This document shows positions 54,084 to 63,717 of a stretch of 64,000 nucleotides of DNA, one piece after another (position 1 is the stretch's first letter; each line of letters starts with the position of its first letter). The stretch is taken from positions 19,745-83,744 of IMG/VR virus record IMGVR_UViG_3300045974_000429, one strand, 5' to 3'. The stretch comes from a virus. The notes under the pieces are model-generated. The model was not told the origin of the DNA. It was given only the letters and a program-made list of their open reading frames with translations, and ran no database searches. A program made the position numbers and the translations under genes.

Positions 54084-56684
54084 CTACGGAACCAATGCGT
54101 TGAGCGCGGCCACCAGCGGCGCGAGAGTCGCGGGTTTCAGGTCCAGGAGCGCAAGCCAGATGACCTTGCCCGGATCTACCAGCCGCGCCCGGACCGCGCC
54201 GGCGAGCAGCCCGAGGTATAGCGCGCCAGGGCGGAGCGCGAGAGAGTTGGCGCGCAAGGCTGCGTAGAAGTCGCCCTCGTACCAGAACAAGCTGTAGCCC
54301 AGGCCGGGACGGTTCGGGTCGAGTGGCGCCGGGCCTTCCACGAGCGTCCACGGCGAAGTCAGCACATCGCCTAGACCGCCGCAGGCCGCGATGACGCGGG
54401 TCTGCGCCGAGGCGCCGAGGGAGTTCATCAGGACCGGAGCCCAACCCGGAGTCGCCGCGGGCGCATAGAGCCCGAGCCCGGCGCGAACCTGGACGTAGAC
54501 GCCCGCCGGGTCGGTCCAGGGTGCGCGCCCCTCCGGCAGCGGCGTGAGTGGGCCGGAGAGCCCGTCTGCAAGCGCGTTCGCATCCCGTACGAGCGCGGCT
54601 ACCGTAGCCGCGGAGAGGTCCGGGAGCGCGAGCCACGCTGTCGGACCGGGGTCCACGAGGCGAGCCTTGACGCGCCCGGACAAGATCGCGAGGTAGAGGG
54701 CGCCGGGGCGGAACAGGATGCCGGCGGAGTAGCAGGCGCGGTAGAGGTCGCCCTCGTAGGTCCAGGCGGCGAGCACGCTCGGGTTCCGCGGGTCGAGCGG
54801 CGCAGGCCCGGAGGTGAGCGAGATCGGGTTGGTGGCGATGCGCGCCGGACCGCCGCAGGCGTCCACCACCGCCTGTTTGCCGCGCGTGCCCAGGCTGGAC
54901 ATGAGCGTCGGCGTCCAGGTCGGGATGGTGGTCGGAGCGTAGCGCCCTCGGACCGGAGGCCGCGGGGCGTAGTCTGCGCTCTGAAGTTCGCCGGGCTGGG
55001 CCGCCTCCGCCTGGGTGGCGTAGACGGGGTGACCGGGGTAGCCACCGTCGATCTGGTCGCGCGGGCTGGCGGTTTCCGCAAGGGTGGCAGAATAGATCGC
55101 GCGAACGGCCTGGGCGTCGGCGGGAGAGGCGCCCTCGGAAAGCTGCCCGGAGACGACGAGCCGCGCCGCCTGGGCGTCCGAGGGCTGGGCCACCTCGGCT
55201 TGGGTGCCGGCGACCGCGAGCCCGCCCGCGAGCTGGTCCGCCGGGGCTGCGGACTCCTGCTCCTGCGCGGAGAAACGCGCGGCGGCCGCGAACTGATCTA
55301 CGACTTGCGCGGTTTCGGTCTGGGTGCCCGCGGTGCTGTAGAACGCAGCCTGCGATTCCGCAGGAGCTGCGACCTCCAGGACGACACCTACAGCTCCGAG
55401 CTTGCTCGCGTCCTGCGCGTCACTCGGAGCAGCCGACTCGGCCTGAATGCCCGAGAAGGTGATCGCCGCCTGGAAGGCATCTGCCGGAGAGGCGGACTCG
55501 GCCTGGGAGGTGCGAACCGTGAACGCCGCCGCCTGGGAGTCCGCCGGAGAGGCGCTCTCGGAAAGCTGCCCGTTGAGGCCGGCGGCGACGCGGGTGGCGT
55601 CCTGGGACTCGGCCGGGGCGGCGGACTCAACCTCGGTGATGGCGAAGATGGCGAAGATGGCGGAGGCGTCGGCCGGAGCACCCGACTCGGAGACGTTGCT
55701 GGCGGCGACCAGCGAGGCGCTTCCGGCGTCCGCCGGGGAAGCGCTCTCGATCTGCGTGGCGGAGAATGCCGCAGCGGCGGCCTGAATATCCGCAGGCTGC
55801 ACCGCCTCCTGCTCCTGGACCGGGAAGGTGGCTCGGGTGGCCTGTGCGTCGGCAGGAGAGGCGCTCTCGGAAATATTGCCTGAAGCTGCGAGAGCCGCCG
55901 CCTGAATATCCGAGGGAGCCGCGGACTCGACCTGGGAAGCCTGGGGAATGAATGCGGCTTGGGAGGCATCCGCAGGAGCCGCGGACTCGATCTGGGAGGC
56001 GCTGGTGCCGCCCTTGTTCCCGTCCTGGGAATCTGCCGGAGCGGCCGACTCGACCTGGGATGCTTGGAATATTGCCGTGGGTTGTCCAACCGCATCGGAC
56101 GGGGCGGAGGACTCGGACAGGGTTCCCGAGAAAATGGCCGTGGCCTGGAATGCGTCGGCCGGAGAGGCGCTGTCGGTTTCCTGAACGGCGAAGGTGACGC
56201 GCGCCGCCTGGGCGTCCGTGGGAGAGGCGGACTCGGAGAGGGCGCCGCCAACCACGAGGGCGGCCTGGAATGCGTCGGCCGGGCTGGCGGAATCGACCTG
56301 GGCGCCGCTGGCGCCGCTCGTTGCTCCCGCGTAGGCGTCCGCGAGGGCGCCCGACTCGACCTGCGTGCTGCTGGAGTAGGTGACGCTGGAGGCTTGTGCG
56401 TCGGAAGGCTGCGCGCTCTCGGCGAGGGCACCGCGAGCGATCAGGTCTACGTCGTTGGCTTCCGCCGGAGAGGCGCTCTCGGAGAGGGCGCCTGCGTAGA
56501 TGACCCGTGCGGCCTGGGAGTCGGCCGGAGAGGCGCTCTCGGAGATGGCCCCGGTCGCGACGAGGTCTACGGCGTTGGCTTCTGCGGGCGCAGCAGATTC
56601 CGACAACGCGCCAGTGGGCGGAGTCGTACCGCTGGCGAGGCCGAGCTGGAAGGCGTCGTTCTGAAATGCGCCCGATTGGAACAT
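54084..56684 (-). CDS. Long repeat (fiber/filament-like) protein with duplicated C-terminal domain
   Basis: ~27 repeats of ~20 aa (ESA[SA]P[AS]D..AA); two ~115-aa C-terminal copies containing YEGD.Y and RPGALYL. Confidence 0.75.
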   Translation of the reverse strand: MFQSGAFQNDAFQLGLASGTTPPTGALSESAAPAEANAVDLVATGAISESASPADSQAARVIYAGALSESASPAEANDVDLIARGALAESAQPSDAQASSVTYSSSTQVESGALADAYAGATSGASGAQVDSASPADAFQAALVVGGALSESASPTDAQAARVTFAVQETDSASPADAFQATAIFSGTLSESSAPSDAVGQPTAIFQASQVESAAPADSQDGNKGGTSASQIESAAPADASQAAFIPQASQVESAAPSDIQAAALAASGNISESASPADAQATRATFPVQEQEAVQPADIQAAAAAFSATQIESASPADAGSASLVAASNVSESGAPADASAIFAIFAITEVESAAPAESQDATRVAAGLNGQLSESASPADSQAAAFTVRTSQAESASPADAFQAAITFSGIQAESAAPSDAQDASKLGAVGVVLEVAAPAESQAAFYSTAGTQTETAQVVDQFAAAARFSAQEQESAAPADQLAGGLAVAGTQAEVAQPSDAQAARLVVSGQLSEGASPADAQAVRAIYSATLAETASPRDQIDGGYPGHPVYATQAEAAQPGELQSADYAPRPPVRGRYAPTTIPTWTPTLMSSLGTRGKQAVVDACGGPARIATNPISLTSGPAPLDPRNPSVLAAWTYEGDLYRACYSAGILFRPGALYLAILSGRVKARLVDPGPTAWLALPDLSAATVAALVRDANALADGLSGPLTPLPEGRAPWTDPAGVYVQVRAGLGLYAPAATPGWAPVLMNSLGASAQTRVIAACGGLGDVLTSPWTLVEGPAPLDPNRPGLGYSLFWYEGDFYAALRANSLALRPGALYLGLLAGAVRARLVDPGKVIWLALLDLKPATLAPLVAALNALVP

Positions 56685-56687
56685 GGC

Positions 56688-56897
56688 TTAGGCCGCCTTC
56701 CGGGCGGGCGGCCCCGTCTCGTAGGTGCTGGACGTGAACAGCCGCCGCCGTGGGGCGAGCACGCGCGGCGGCCGAGGCTTCCGCGGGACGGCCGGAAGGA
56801 TCTTGACGACGACCTGGACGACGGGAGGCGAGCCGTCCGAAGGGGCGGCGACCTCGACTTGCTCGGCCCCGTAGATCACGCTGGCGTCACACGTCAC
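56688..56897 (-). CDS. Small hypothetical protein
   Basis: GGGAGG RBS + GTG. Confidence 0.5.
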   Translation of the reverse strand: MTCDASVIYGAEQVEVAAPSDGSPPVVQVVVKILPAVPRKPRPPRVLAPRRRLFTSSTYETGPPARKAA

Positions 56898-56914
56898 AGG
56901 GCCTCCCAGGCGGA

Positions 56915-57616
56915 CTACTTCTTCTTGACCGTAGCGATCATGTCCTGCGCCGCCTCCTTGTACATCTGAAGGGCGTTCTGCTTCCACTCGTCGTTCCGGT
57001 TCGCCATCCAGGGCGCGAGCGTGTAGCCCCACTGCGTCTCGAAGTCACAGGTGTAGACCTCGTGCTCCGCCGCGTCCGGGCAGGCCGGGCCATGGAGGTG
57101 CGGGCAGTTCACCTCCCGCCACTTCGGGTCGAGGTAGAACCAGAACATCTCGGAGACAGCCGGCCACTCGTGGGTCACGTCCCCGTAGGCGCGGTTCGAG
57201 TTCCAGTGAGGCGTGGTGATCTGGGCGGTCGCGCCCTTCTTGAGCACCCGGTGCAGCTCGTTGAAGAACCCGATTCGCTTCCGCGCCGGGATGTGCTCCA
57301 GGACGTGGGAACAATTGACGGCGTCCACGGAGTCGTCCTCCCACGGCCACGGAAAGGAGCAGAGGTCGTGGACCACGTCCACGGTCTTCTTCCCCTCCTT
57401 GTCGAGCCGCTGGCTGCGGTCCACGCCAAGGAAGCCTGGCTGCTTGTTGCTGGAGCATCCGAGGTCGAGCTTCAGGCCCTTCCCGTCCGGCGCGGGCGGC
57501 GACTCCAGGTCGGCCAACTCCTTGTTGATGCGCGCCTGCTCCGCGCGGAGCTTGGCCGCTCGGACTCCGGCCGGGACGATGGGGATGATGTTCTTGGCGA
57601 GCTTACGGTTTGACAC
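56915..57616 (-). CDS. Class I SAM-dependent methyltransferase
   Basis: LKLDLGC...GFLGVD...HDL..FPWPW.DDSVD...CSHVLEH...NE..RVLK.G. Confidence 0.9.
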   Translation of the reverse strand: MSNRKLAKNIIPIVPAGVRAAKLRAEQARINKELADLESPPAPDGKGLKLDLGCSSNKQPGFLGVDRSQRLDKEGKKTVDVVHDLCSFPWPWEDDSVDAVNCSHVLEHIPARKRIGFFNELHRVLKKGATAQITTPHWNSNRAYGDVTHEWPAVSEMFWFYLDPKWREVNCPHLHGPACPDAAEHEVYTCDFETQWGYTLAPWMANRNDEWKQNALQMYKEAAQDMIATVKKK

Positions 57617-57654
57617 GGGTGAGGCTCCTTTCGGGTTGGCGAGGGCTGGTGCGG

Positions 57655-58446
57655 CTACCACATCGTCTTCTGGCCCTGGTCCCAATGCCCGACGAGAACG
57701 TCGCAGGCGACCGCGCAGCGGTAGCCGTGCTGGCGGGCTTGGTTCCAGAAGAACAGGTCTTGGGTGCCGACTCCTTCTTCCTTGGAGCAGACCGTCTTGA
57801 AGAACGGCCTGGAGAGGCGCGGGTCCTTGAACATCTCCGTCCGCCAGAGGACGAAACCCATGCCGGTCCCGTAGCACTCCACGAGGCCGCCGTTGATGTC
57901 AGGGGGCTGCGGGCGGTAATTCACGAGCGGGTCTTTGATGTCGCCCCAGATTTGGGGCACGCCCGTGAGTCCCTTCGTCCAATAGAGGCCGGAGATGGCG
58001 CTGAACTCCGGGTGCGCGTCCATGTGCTTGCAGAGCTTGAGCACGCCGTCCGGGGGCGGGGCGTTGTCGTGCTCAATGGTCAGGATGTAGGGGAACTTGG
58101 AGAGCTGCGGGTGAGCCAGGACGCCCTCCAGCGCGTCGGAGTACGCCTTCCCGACCTCCTCGCCGACGATGGCTTGCCGGAACACGCCGTTATTGGGCGG
58201 GTAGATCAGGTTCATCCAGGCCATCACGCAGCGGAGCGGCACCATGTCGGCGGCCGGAAGCAGGACCACGATGTCCTGCTTCTTCCAGGAGCCGCCCTCC
58301 ACGATTCGACCTCGGGCCATTTCCATGTCGAGGTTGTGGACTCCGGCGTCGGGGTGGCTGGTGGGCTTCTTCCGGGTGCGGGCGGCTGCGGGCAAGGTGA
58401 GGCTCCTTCGCGGGCGAGGCGTGGAGGAATGCATCGTGGATCCCAC
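57655..58446 (-). CDS. GT-A fold (GT2-like) glycosyltransferase
   Basis: YILTIEHD (DxD-like), AISGLYW.K, GTGMGFVL...MF, PFF, TQDLFF, V..DV.VGH. Confidence 0.8.
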   Translation of the reverse strand: MGSTMHSSTPRPRRSLTLPAAARTRKKPTSHPDAGVHNLDMEMARGRIVEGGSWKKQDIVVLLPAADMVPLRCVMAWMNLIYPPNNGVFRQAIVGEEVGKAYSDALEGVLAHPQLSKFPYILTIEHDNAPPPDGVLKLCKHMDAHPEFSAISGLYWTKGLTGVPQIWGDIKDPLVNYRPQPPDINGGLVECYGTGMGFVLWRTEMFKDPRLSRPFFKTVCSKEEGVGTQDLFFWNQARQHGYRCAVACDVLVGHWDQGQKTMW

Positions 58447-58461
58447 GCCGCGCCGGCTTCG

Positions 58462-58698
58462 TCAAGTAGCTGGCGCTTGCGCGGCATGCATCGGGCAGTA
58501 GCAGCGCATTTCTTCCGCGCCGGAGGCCGGGAGTAGCACCCACCCATCCGGCACCTGGAGGCCGGGCGGGATACTCGCGGCGTCGCTAGGGGCCACGGGC
58601 GGCAATAAAATGCCGTTGGTGAATCCGAGCACCTGAACCACCATCGGCGCGTTGTTGGCGCAGAACTCACACCAGCAAGTAAATGGGACGGTGACCAC
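58462..58698 (-). CDS. Small Cys-containing hypothetical protein
   Basis: CEFC...P.GW...YCP.H; coupled to the upstream gene. Confidence 0.55.
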   Translation of the reverse strand: MVTVPFTCWCEFCANNAPMVVQVLGFTNGILLPPVAPSDAASIPPGLQVPDGWVLLPASGAEEMRCYCPMHAAQAPAT

Positions 58699-59642
58699 TA
58701 GACGGCTCCCAGCTTCACGAGCGGTACGAGGTTGTTCACCTGGATGATGTCGGAGAAGGCAAAGTTAGCAGGCATGGCGCCGGAGGTCGCGCTGTAGCTG
58801 CCGGCGTCCACGATGCCGATGCTCGCGTTGGTCGCGCCGCCGAAGCCGAGGCCGAACGCGCTGAGAGGCTGCGCGTCCACGATCGGCAGGTAGGAGCGGA
58901 ACGCTGCCGAGTTGCCCACGCTGGAGGTCGAGATCACGAACCCGTAGGCGTAGAGGCCCGGCTGGAGGACCGAGGAGAGGCTGAAGGTGAGCAGGCGCAG
59001 ACCGCTGATCTGGGAGAGCAGGTTGCTGTTCGCGCTGGCGGTCGTCAGATTCTGCCCGGAGACTCCGCCGTTGATGGTGAACGCCGCGCTGTTGCTGCTG
59101 CTGATGTAGCCCGTCATCGAGATCGCGGTGGTGAAGAACGAGTCGAACCTGGAGAGGTTCGTCGTCTGGCTCACGCTGTAGAACCCGAACTGGTGCGTGA
59201 TGCCGACCGAGCCTGTGTTGCTGCTGGACGCGCCGGCGAGGCTCATCGGATTGACCACCGTCACGGCGCTGACCGGAGCCGCGAGGCGCATCGGGACGAG
59301 CCACACCACGTTCTGCCCGCTGGTCGTCTGCGTCAGCGCGGGCTGACGGTTCATGTAGGTCAACGCCGTGTAACCGGTGGGTCCGTTGATGCTGATCGTG
59401 CTCCCGGCGACCGAGAGCGTGATGCCCGTACCTCCGGCCCACACGACATCGGTGCCGGACGCCTGAGACGTACCCGCCGTGTTCCCGGCGAGGTTGTAGA
59501 CAAGCTGGTGCGCCGAGTTCCAATCGCTCGGGCGCACGAGGTTCGTCGCAGCCGCGGAAACCTGCCCACCCGTCGAGTTCAGCACGGTCACGGTGCCGAT
59601 GAAGTCGGCGACCGTGTTGCTTTTCAGGTGCGTGATGGGCAC
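58698..59642 (-). CDS. Putative virion structural (appendage) protein
   Basis: 314 aa, Ser/Thr/Gly-rich; LVRPSDWNSAH; GTGITLS..G.TI.I fiber-like motif. Confidence 0.65.
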   Translation of the reverse strand: MPITHLKSNTVADFIGTVTVLNSTGGQVSAAATNLVRPSDWNSAHQLVYNLAGNTAGTSQASGTDVVWAGGTGITLSVAGSTISINGPTGYTALTYMNRQPALTQTTSGQNVVWLVPMRLAAPVSAVTVVNPMSLAGASSSNTGSVGITHQFGFYSVSQTTNLSRFDSFFTTAISMTGYISSSNSAAFTINGGVSGQNLTTASANSNLLSQISGLRLLTFSLSSVLQPGLYAYGFVISTSSVGNSAAFRSYLPIVDAQPLSAFGLGFGGATNASIGIVDAGSYSATSGAMPANFAFSDIIQVNNLVPLVKLGAV

Positions 59643-59664
59643 TGGATCTCCCGGCCGCCCGAAA

Positions 59665-60258
59665 TTACGTCATGCTGAGCGTGAAGGTACAGTTGAGGAT
59701 GTCGCCGTTCGCGACGGGCTTGGAGCCGCCGGCGAAGGTGCCCAGCGAGTAGATCACGCCGTCCGTGCCGCGGGTGAGCGAGGCCGTGGTGCCGGTCGTG
59801 TTCATGGCGATGAGGAGCCCGGCCGCGGTCTGGGCGGTCTGGGTGAAGGAGAAGCTCGCCGAGGCGGTCCAGGAAGCGGGGCTGCTCGTCGCGAGGGTGG
59901 TCACGCCGGCGATGGAGAACCGCTGGCCGGTGGCGCCGGCGTACTGGTAGCCGCCGATCTCCGCGCTGCTCACGTCCGAGAGCCTGGAGGCGGTCGAGGC
60001 GGTCGCGTCCGTGCGGTTGTGGACGCCAACCCAGACCGTGTTCCAGGCGCCGCCCGTCCCGCCGAAGTAGCGGTTCATCAGGTCCACCTTGCCGCCCTGC
60101 TGGACCGCGTTGTGCCACTTGTCCTTCCAGAGCGTCTCGCCCCCGCGAACGAGTTCCACGTCCGCGGCGAAGAAGGGAGCGCCGAACGCGGCGCCGTCGT
60201 GGCCGCCGAAGCACATGGCGGCCTTCATCTTGTCTCCCGGAAAAACCTTGTCGCTCAT
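59665..60258 (-). CDS. Putative virion structural protein (filament/fiber subunit-like)
   Basis: W.D..HN.V...G...L...F; C-terminal G.IYS.G.F....V.NGD.LN.T.T; AAGGAG RBS. Confidence 0.65.
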   Translation of the reverse strand: MSDKVFPGDKMKAAMCFGGHDGAAFGAPFFAADVELVRGGETLWKDKWHNAVQQGGKVDLMNRYFGGTGGAWNTVWVGVHNRTDATASTASRLSDVSSAEIGGYQYAGATGQRFSIAGVTTLATSSPASWTASASFSFTQTAQTAAGLLIAMNTTGTTASLTRGTDGVIYSLGTFAGGSKPVANGDILNCTFTLSMT

Positions 60259-60269
60259 GTCCGTCTCCT

Positions 60270-61967
60270 TCAACCGGCCTCGGCCGGAATCTGCGTGCCC
60301 TTGATGAACCCGCCCGGAGGCGCCGGTGTACCCTTACCCGAGCTTCCAGGGTTGTTCAAGGCGGAGAGGCTCTGCGCGGCCACGTCGTCCTGCGCGCCTT
60401 CCTGCTCCACCTTCGCCATCATGGCCGCCGGGTCTTCGACGTGGAAGTAGCTGGCGACGAACTTGGTGGCGTGCTCCGCGTCAATGAGGCCGCCGGCCTT
60501 CGCGGTGACGGCGGCGGTGACAGCCTGGGCGACGTCAGCCACGCCCGGCTCCAGGAACTCCGGCCAGGAGAGGCTGACATCCGGGTCGTCCGGGAGGTTG
60601 GGCGGGATGAGAGCGAGGCCGTTCTGCACCTTCGGGCCGTCCCAGCCGGAAAGCCGGATGCCGCCGCGAACGATGGCGCCGTCGAGCGCCTTGGCGGTGC
60701 CGAGTGCCTTGGCGGCCTTGAGCATCATGCCGAGGAGTGGAAGGATGCCCTTCTGGCCGTACTGCTCGCGGAGCATCCCCCCCTTCGCCAACATGGAGGA
60801 GTAGCTGCGCTCGATCTCCGTTGCGGTCGTTCCGCTGCCGGTCTGGTTGGCGTCGAGGACGCACTGAGAAACTTCCAGCGCGATGCGGCGCAGCTCCGTC
60901 GCCATCGTCAGGCCGGTGGTGATGCTGGACCCGGACAGCTCCAGGTAGTGGACGTCCCCGGAGGAGGGCAGCTTGATGGCGTTGTCCGAGCCGGTCGTGA
61001 TTTCCTTCCCGACCTCGCCGTCGGCCTTGATGACCAGGGTCGGGTCCGCGTTCGCGTTCACGCCCTTGTGCGTCTGGGAGAGCGTCTGGTCCAGGGCGTC
61101 GAGAACGTCCAAGCAACCCTCGCAGTCCGGGGCGCCGTCAATGTCATCGTCCACCGGGAGATTCTGGACCCAGACGATGGGGCAGAAGCCGAGCTTGTGC
61201 TCGAACGTCGCGTTGGGGTCCGGCTCCCAGAGCGGTTCGCGCTCGGTGACCTCGCAGGGCTTGAAGGTCACGTCCCAGCGGTCGTCGATGACGCGCCGGT
61301 ACCACATCTGGACCGTCTCGTAGCCACGAGGCGTGGCCTTCTCCTGCGGATATTGCATCCGCTTCTCGATCTTCCGGACCGTCAAGCCGAAGCGGTCCGA
61401 GAACTCCGGGAAGAGCCAGCGCGGGTCGTGGACCTCGATGGTGGGCTTGCCCTTGATGAACTGGAAGCCGAGCGCCACGCTGCCCTGCGCGCCCCCGTAG
61501 GCGCGGGCCTTCATCATGGCCGACCAGCCGCGGGCGGTGTCCCAGAGGGCGCGGATGAACTTCTCCGTCTCCTCGTCCCCCTCGACGTGAAGTTGCGGGT
61601 GGCGCCGCTCGTTGAACAGGAGGCTCGTGAATCGGTCCACAATCACGCGGAACAAGTGGTACGGGGCGGACGGCTTCCTGAACCGGATCGGGAGAGTCGC
61701 TCCGGAGGAGTCCACGAAGCCGGGCGGCAGGAAACCCTCGGAGGCAACCTGCTCCGTCTCGTCGGAGGAACTCGCCCTGGTGCCGTCCCAAGCGACCTTC
61801 CGCCCCTCGTACTGGAGGGTGCGGTAGCGACTCCACAGGGAATTGAGCGCCCGCTGGCGGGAGGTCAGCCCGAACTGCTTGCCGATGTCGAGCATCCGCG
61901 TATCGACCGCGGCGCTGACCACGGCATCGAACGCGGACTGAGGATCGTAGGGGGTGGCGCTGCTCAC
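60270..61967 (-). CDS. Portal protein (SPP1 gp6-like)
   Basis: IVDRFTSLLF, G...GS, HDP, H.LGFCPIVWVQN.P.....DG..D, N.DPTLV, YLE..G. Confidence 0.88.
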   Translation of the reverse strand: MSSATPYDPQSAFDAVVSAAVDTRMLDIGKQFGLTSRQRALNSLWSRYRTLQYEGRKVAWDGTRASSSDETEQVASEGFLPPGFVDSSGATLPIRFRKPSAPYHLFRVIVDRFTSLLFNERRHPQLHVEGDEETEKFIRALWDTARGWSAMMKARAYGGAQGSVALGFQFIKGKPTIEVHDPRWLFPEFSDRFGLTVRKIEKRMQYPQEKATPRGYETVQMWYRRVIDDRWDVTFKPCEVTEREPLWEPDPNATFEHKLGFCPIVWVQNLPVDDDIDGAPDCEGCLDVLDALDQTLSQTHKGVNANADPTLVIKADGEVGKEITTGSDNAIKLPSSGDVHYLELSGSSITTGLTMATELRRIALEVSQCVLDANQTGSGTTATEIERSYSSMLAKGGMLREQYGQKGILPLLGMMLKAAKALGTAKALDGAIVRGGIRLSGWDGPKVQNGLALIPPNLPDDPDVSLSWPEFLEPGVADVAQAVTAAVTAKAGGLIDAEHATKFVASYFHVEDPAAMMAKVEQEGAQDDVAAQSLSALNNPGSSGKGTPAPPGGFIKGTQIPAEAG

Positions 61968-62003
61968 GGGAGCAGCCTACACGTCAAGGGCTTCCGAGAG
62001 CAA

Positions 62004-62333
62004 CTATCTCGCTAGGTACGGGCTGCGGTCGAGCTTCTCCAGGGTCTCCGCGGCCTGGAGGACGGCCCCGAACGCGGCGGCGTCGCGCGGCATCAGGAAC
62101 ATGACCTGCCCGTCCGAGATGCTGTCCAGGTCGCCCCAGCAGGAGACGAAGAACTCATCGACCGTTTTGTAGGCCGCCGGATGGCGCACGAGAACCAGCC
62201 CCGACTTCGCGAGCTGCACGAGTGCGCGCTGCCGAGTATCTCGGGAGAGCGGGGGAGAAACCTGAAATCCCGTGGAGAACAGGGTTCGGAAACCCCACCA
62301 GTGACCGGATTCCGGTGACGCTTGGATATTCAA
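62004..62333 (-). CDS. Hypothetical protein
   Basis: 109 aa, coupled to the upstream ORF. Confidence 0.55.
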   Translation of the reverse strand: MNIQASPESGHWWGFRTLFSTGFQVSPPLSRDTRQRALVQLAKSGLVLVRHPAAYKTVDEFFVSCWGDLDSISDGQVMFLMPRDAAAFGAVLQAAETLEKLDRSPYLAR

Positions 62334-62491
62334 GGCTTGCTCTCCACCTTCTCCTCATTCGGCGTGAGCTCGTCACGGTGCGGCTTGGACGGTGGGTGAA
62401 CGTGGTCACAGTGGACGCAAGACACCATGCAGCAGACGCAGTACTTCGCCTTGTGCATCTCGATGCACTGCTTGTGGATGGGCGCGGTCAT
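62330..62491 (-). CDS. Small Cys/His-rich protein
   Basis: YCVCCMVSCVHCDH; ATGA-coupled. Confidence 0.5.
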   Translation of the reverse strand: MTAPIHKQCIEMHKAKYCVCCMVSCVHCDHVHPPSKPHRDELTPNEEKVESKP

Positions 62492-62805
62492 CGCCCATCC
62501 ACCTTCGACAGCGCCGCCCGCGCACGGTCCATCACCCCCGTCGGCTCGCTGCTCCAGTCGTTGCACTGGCGCAGGCTCTCGATGACAGACACGAGGTCGC
62601 GGAGGGCAGCGGCGAGGTCTGGCGCGGCGGCGATGAGGCGGGCGTTGGCGTGTGCCTCGTCCGCCGATATCGAGTAGCTGCCGTCGACCCCGAACACGCC
62701 GGCGCACCCGCACCACGCCACGGAAATACCTAGCGGGCCTTCGACGCTACAGCCGTGGCTTTGCGCCCTCTGCGCCTCCCACTTCCCCGGCGTGTGCCCA
62801 CTCAC
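62488..62805 (-). CDS. Common phage hypothetical protein (HTPG.W...ANARLIAAAPDL type)
   Basis: Both recurrent phage motifs present; GTGA coupling. Confidence 0.75.
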   Translation of the reverse strand: MSGHTPGKWEAQRAQSHGCSVEGPLGISVAWCGCAGVFGVDGSYSISADEAHANARLIAAAPDLAAALRDLVSVIESLRQCNDWSSEPTGVMDRARAALSKVDGR

Positions 62806-62869
62806 CGCCGCCTCATGTGGCGCAGGCGCAGAAAAACCCACAGTCCCACGAGACACAGTGTGAGGGTGC

Positions 62870-63391
62870 TCATCGCCCACCTCCCCGGTGCGCCGGGCCG
62901 AGTCCGTCGCAGCGCCAGCCAGGACACAGCCATTCGGGCCGTGGAGGGCCGACTGTGTGCACCAACGACGGGTGCTGGCATGTCCCCGTGCACCGCTCGT
63001 CGCACGCAGAGCGCCCCGATCCCTCCGACCTCGGGGCCACGGTCCCGCCGCTACCAGAGCCCGTCTGCGGTCGGTCCTCCGGCACGGTGGCGCTGCCGCA
63101 GGCAGCGGGGGACTCCTCTCCGCGCAGGGCGACGCGGGCCATCGCCCGGATGCTGGCAAGGATCGTCTCGGGATCCTCGCCAGCCAACTCGGCCTCTCTG
63201 TAGAGGGCCTCCAGCGCCGCCTCCAGCGCGGAGGCACGGGCGGCTAGAGCATCCTTGACCAGCGCCATTTCCGTAGCGCGAGCATCAGCGTGCTTGCTAC
63301 GCGCCTCCGCTGCCTCGGCCCTGGCCTTCTGGCTCTCTACCTCGGACTCTAGTGTGGACAACTCATTAATCTGTTCGCGTGTGTAAGTCAT
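62870..63391 (-). CDS. Coiled-coil hypothetical protein
   Basis: 173 aa; AAGGAG RBS. Confidence 0.6.
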   Translation of the reverse strand: MTYTREQINELSTLESEVESQKARAEAAEARSKHADARATEMALVKDALAARASALEAALEALYREAELAGEDPETILASIRAMARVALRGEESPAACGSATVPEDRPQTGSGSGGTVAPRSEGSGRSACDERCTGTCQHPSLVHTVGPPRPEWLCPGWRCDGLGPAHRGGGR

Positions 63392-63445
63392 GGCTTCTCC
63401 TTTCCATGTGAACCTTTTGCTATGTTGTGCCCCGGAAGGCGAGGA

Positions 63446-63715
63446 CTACTGTTCGAGGAAGGCTGCCACAGGATTGTGACCGCTGCCGCACTGGTACATT
63501 AAAAACTTCCTGATGAAATCCTGATCGTCAGTCAAGATAGTCAAAGTCTTGTCGTCGATGTAGGCATTGATGTCGGAGTGCTTACCCAGGACTTCCCCAA
63601 GGTAGACACTATCGTCAAAGACCTTCGCGACATCCTTATCGTCAGCCACGAAGGTGCCCGAGAGATAACCCATCCGCCCAAAGTCCTCATGATAGCGATA
63701 CAGTTTCAGTGTCAT
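63446..63715 (-). CDS. Phage hypothetical protein (low GC)
   Basis: DFGRMG.L.G.FVA...VYLGEVLGKHS; GGAG RBS. Confidence 0.7.
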   Translation of the reverse strand: MTLKLYRYHEDFGRMGYLSGTFVADDKDVAKVFDDSVYLGEVLGKHSDINAYIDDKTLTILTDDQDFIRKFLMYQCGSGHNPVAAFLEQ

Positions 63716-63717
63716 TG

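Noticed and set aside
55000-56620. Regular 60-nt repeats resembling a CRISPR array
   Set aside because: Degenerate, in-frame coding repeats with synonymous variation; no constant repeat/unique spacer structure and no cas genes
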